From NCBI GenBank assembly GCA_002633005.1, contig NMRA01000054.1:562952-626951 (forward strand): a DNA stretch of 64,000 nucleotides, read 5' to 3'. The DNA comes from Phoronis australis (taxonomy: Eukaryota > Animalia > Phoronida). Under the pieces are notes generated by a model. The model was not told the origin of the DNA, did no database searches, and was given only the letters and a program-made list of their open reading frames with translations. Below, one piece after another: positions 61,501 through 64,000 of this stretch. A program made the translations under genes and the position numbers. Every line of letters begins with the position of its first letter. Within the stretch, counting starts at the first letter, position 1.

Positions 61501-63334
61501 TTTAAAAAAGGATGTTAAATCCTTGTCAATTGTACACTAGTGCAGTAATGGATCTATCACTTCTAGCAACTGAACTAAAAGTCTTTCACTGTCTTTTAAC
61601 ATTGGCATCTATGCATGGGAACTGAGCATATAAGCTGTTCATATCATAGAATAGTAGGCAGGTATCAGATGTAACATATGGTATTGCATTGAGTATGCTG
61701 GTCAGTCATGATCTGACATTCATGCCTGAAGTGGGTTAATAAGACTTTAAAGTGTCATTGATAAGATCATGCAAGTCTTCACAAGACATTCCCACATTTT
61801 ACTTCTGGATCTGAATGACATCAATAGTTTTCTGTAACATGTGTTATTGAATGTGTCCTTGTCCATCTTTCAGATCTGGTTAGTAATATTGATTCATCAG
61901 ATACATTGTGAATGCACACTTGACGCTTTAGCAAGGCTAACCTGAGTGGACTTGTGTAATGCATAAAATAATTGCTTAATTAATTTTGTTGCTTTTTTCA
62001 TTTTCATTTTAGTGGCATATTTCTCAGCAAGAGTTTTTTAGAAGCTGTTTATTGACTTAGACATCTGTATTTACTTTGAAATGACTTAAAAATACCATGT
62101 TATTGTATGCCTGTGTGCAGATGCAGTCTGCTTCTGGACTACCTTGTTCGAGGAATGGTAAAACATTTTTTTTACTGCAAGTTGCTTCCAAGAAGTTAAG
62201 TAAGGTTGACTTGTCAAAAGGTTGACTGGCTAAGTGGCATTCACTATGATCGGTTAGCAAAGGAGACAAAAATAGGTATTTTCTTCTGTATTAATGTCCC
62301 ATTTGATCTCACTTGTTCATAGTAGGGAACATAAAGGCCAGGTGCAGGTTGGCAGGGTTTTTCCCTTGGCCAACCTGGAAAACAGATGCTCGTGACCTTA
62401 AAAACTCTCCCTTAGACAATACTTATACCCTCCCTGGTGTCATGGTGCAAGCCCATTCCCCTGTGAGCTGCCAACCCCTCACCCAAGAGTCCAAGACCTT
62501 ACCTCCCATACCACAAAGCCAAAATACCATAACATCCCAAAATACCACAGTAAATTTTTGTCTGTTTAGCACACAATATGACAAAGAAGCAAAATGATAT
62601 TTTTTCAATTTCTGAACATAAAATTAAGAAAATTGTGGTGTATTGTTACAATTGATTAGTTTCGATGTCATGAAACAACATTTTGTAATATTCCCATTAT
62701 TTGAAGAAAGGTAAGCAGCTTTAGAAAAATAGAAAATGACCCTTTTGGTAATTATTTTCCTGAAAAGTAAGTGAAGAACTGTTCTAAGAGGCAAAATATC
62801 CACTAGAGTTGGTGACACGTCCTAACCAATCTCCAAGTCCTATATATAGAACCCCCAAAACAAGCAGAGTTTAGAAAGGCACCTTGTGGATTAGGGCAGA
62901 ACAGTATTGGTCAATTAAAACTTGCAGCAAATTTTGCGGAACTCCGTCCTTGATTGGCTTACTGCTTGTCTGGATTCCAAGGAATATATTACAAAAAAAA
63001 TTGTTTGCTGTTACTCAGTGCAGTGAGATATTGTTTTCAATAAGCTTGAAAGCTTTTTGGTGAAATAAGGAAACGCACAAAGCAAATTGAGTGACTCGTG
63101 GCGAAATTGTCTGAACAAGGGAGTATTAGTGTCGACGAAACCAGCGTCTCCCTTAGATGACAATACTCACGCCACCACTTATAAGACCGAGAACGACCTT
63201 GGAGACCAGATTTGCTGCCTTTGGTTAGATTTCGTCCAAAAAAACAGCAGGAACCTGTTTCATGAAATGTGACGTAAGACTTAAGTTAAAAATTTGGTTT
63301 GGTGCTGCATACAACTTTTTCAGAAAGTAAATTA

Positions 63335-64000
63335 CCGTAAACGTTTGGGTTAACGCCCATGCTCAGTTAACCGCCCACCCCCTACTTTAGTGGATTTTCG
63401 ATTTAATCACCCACTGCTCGGTTAAGCGCCCCCCTGCGATTTTTGAAGATTTCCAGTTAAGCGCCCACCTCTCGGTTAAGCGCCCATCCCCAACTTTTAA
63501 AGAATGAAGATTTAGCGCCCAGTGCTAAGGAAACGCGCGATTCCCCGACTTTTAGAAAAAGATCGATGATCACAATGAGCGCAACGATGCCGGGCCTCCG
63601 AGACGGTGGTTTAGCAATGTGAATTGTAATTATACAAGTAACGAGTTATTGTCTTGGGTCATGGACTCACTTCAAAATATAATACTTGAACGTTTTTGTC
63701 ACTTTATTTTCTTCCCATGTTTGCAAAGTTTAAGAACGCCGCGGCGTCAAAACCTCTGCTTTCAGCGACTTTGTCTGCCGCGCTGAGTTTTCGTCTGCAG
63801 TGCACTTGATAAAACATATATTCGAAAAAATCAGGTAAGAGAAATGAGACAATGGTTAAAAGTATATAGTCACGCCCCTTTCTGTTACTTAGGACTGTCG
63901 CTATTCTCTTTTGATGTGTGACTTTGTAGTGGTGCACGTGCGCAAGTTCCCATACTTTGGAGTGCATGTTACCTTGACACCAACATGTGATTGACAAGTG
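63335..64000 (+). mobile_element. Second copy of the pogo-like MITE, running off the window end
   Basis: TA|CCGTAAACGTTTGGGTTAACGCCC... is nearly identical to 40405-40842. Confidence 0.92.

Overview
Animal (invertebrate, probably bilaterian) genomic DNA with several N gaps. Two spliced genes lie on the minus strand. One is a complete GAS2-family gene (6 coding exons, 39799 to 31339, about 380 aa, CH plus GAR domains). The other is the 5' half of a NELL1/2-like gene (8 exons read from 16374 to 6745: TSPN/LamG domain, coiled coil, two VWC domains), whose EGF exons were not found and probably lie left of the window. Most ORFs in the supplied track are spurious or exon-overlapping. The rest is a dense set of non-autonomous mobile elements. 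Highlights: (1) a nested cluster of miniature LTR elements whose LTRs contain a tRNA-like Pol III module, with a tRNA-Ser-type PBS, a PPT and a 4-bp TSD; (2) three Penelope-like 3' ends with minimal hammerhead ribozymes in a NELL intron, where only the copy in the NELL sense orientation has lost the GUC site; (3) a Helentron-type (HINE) element carrying a co-oriented array of CTCF-like motifs; (4) a 31-bp P-element-like excision footprint with a 7-bp TSD; (5) internal sequence modules shared between MITEs with different ends; (6) NELL-GAS2 linkage, which also exists in human. All alignments and translations were done by eye.
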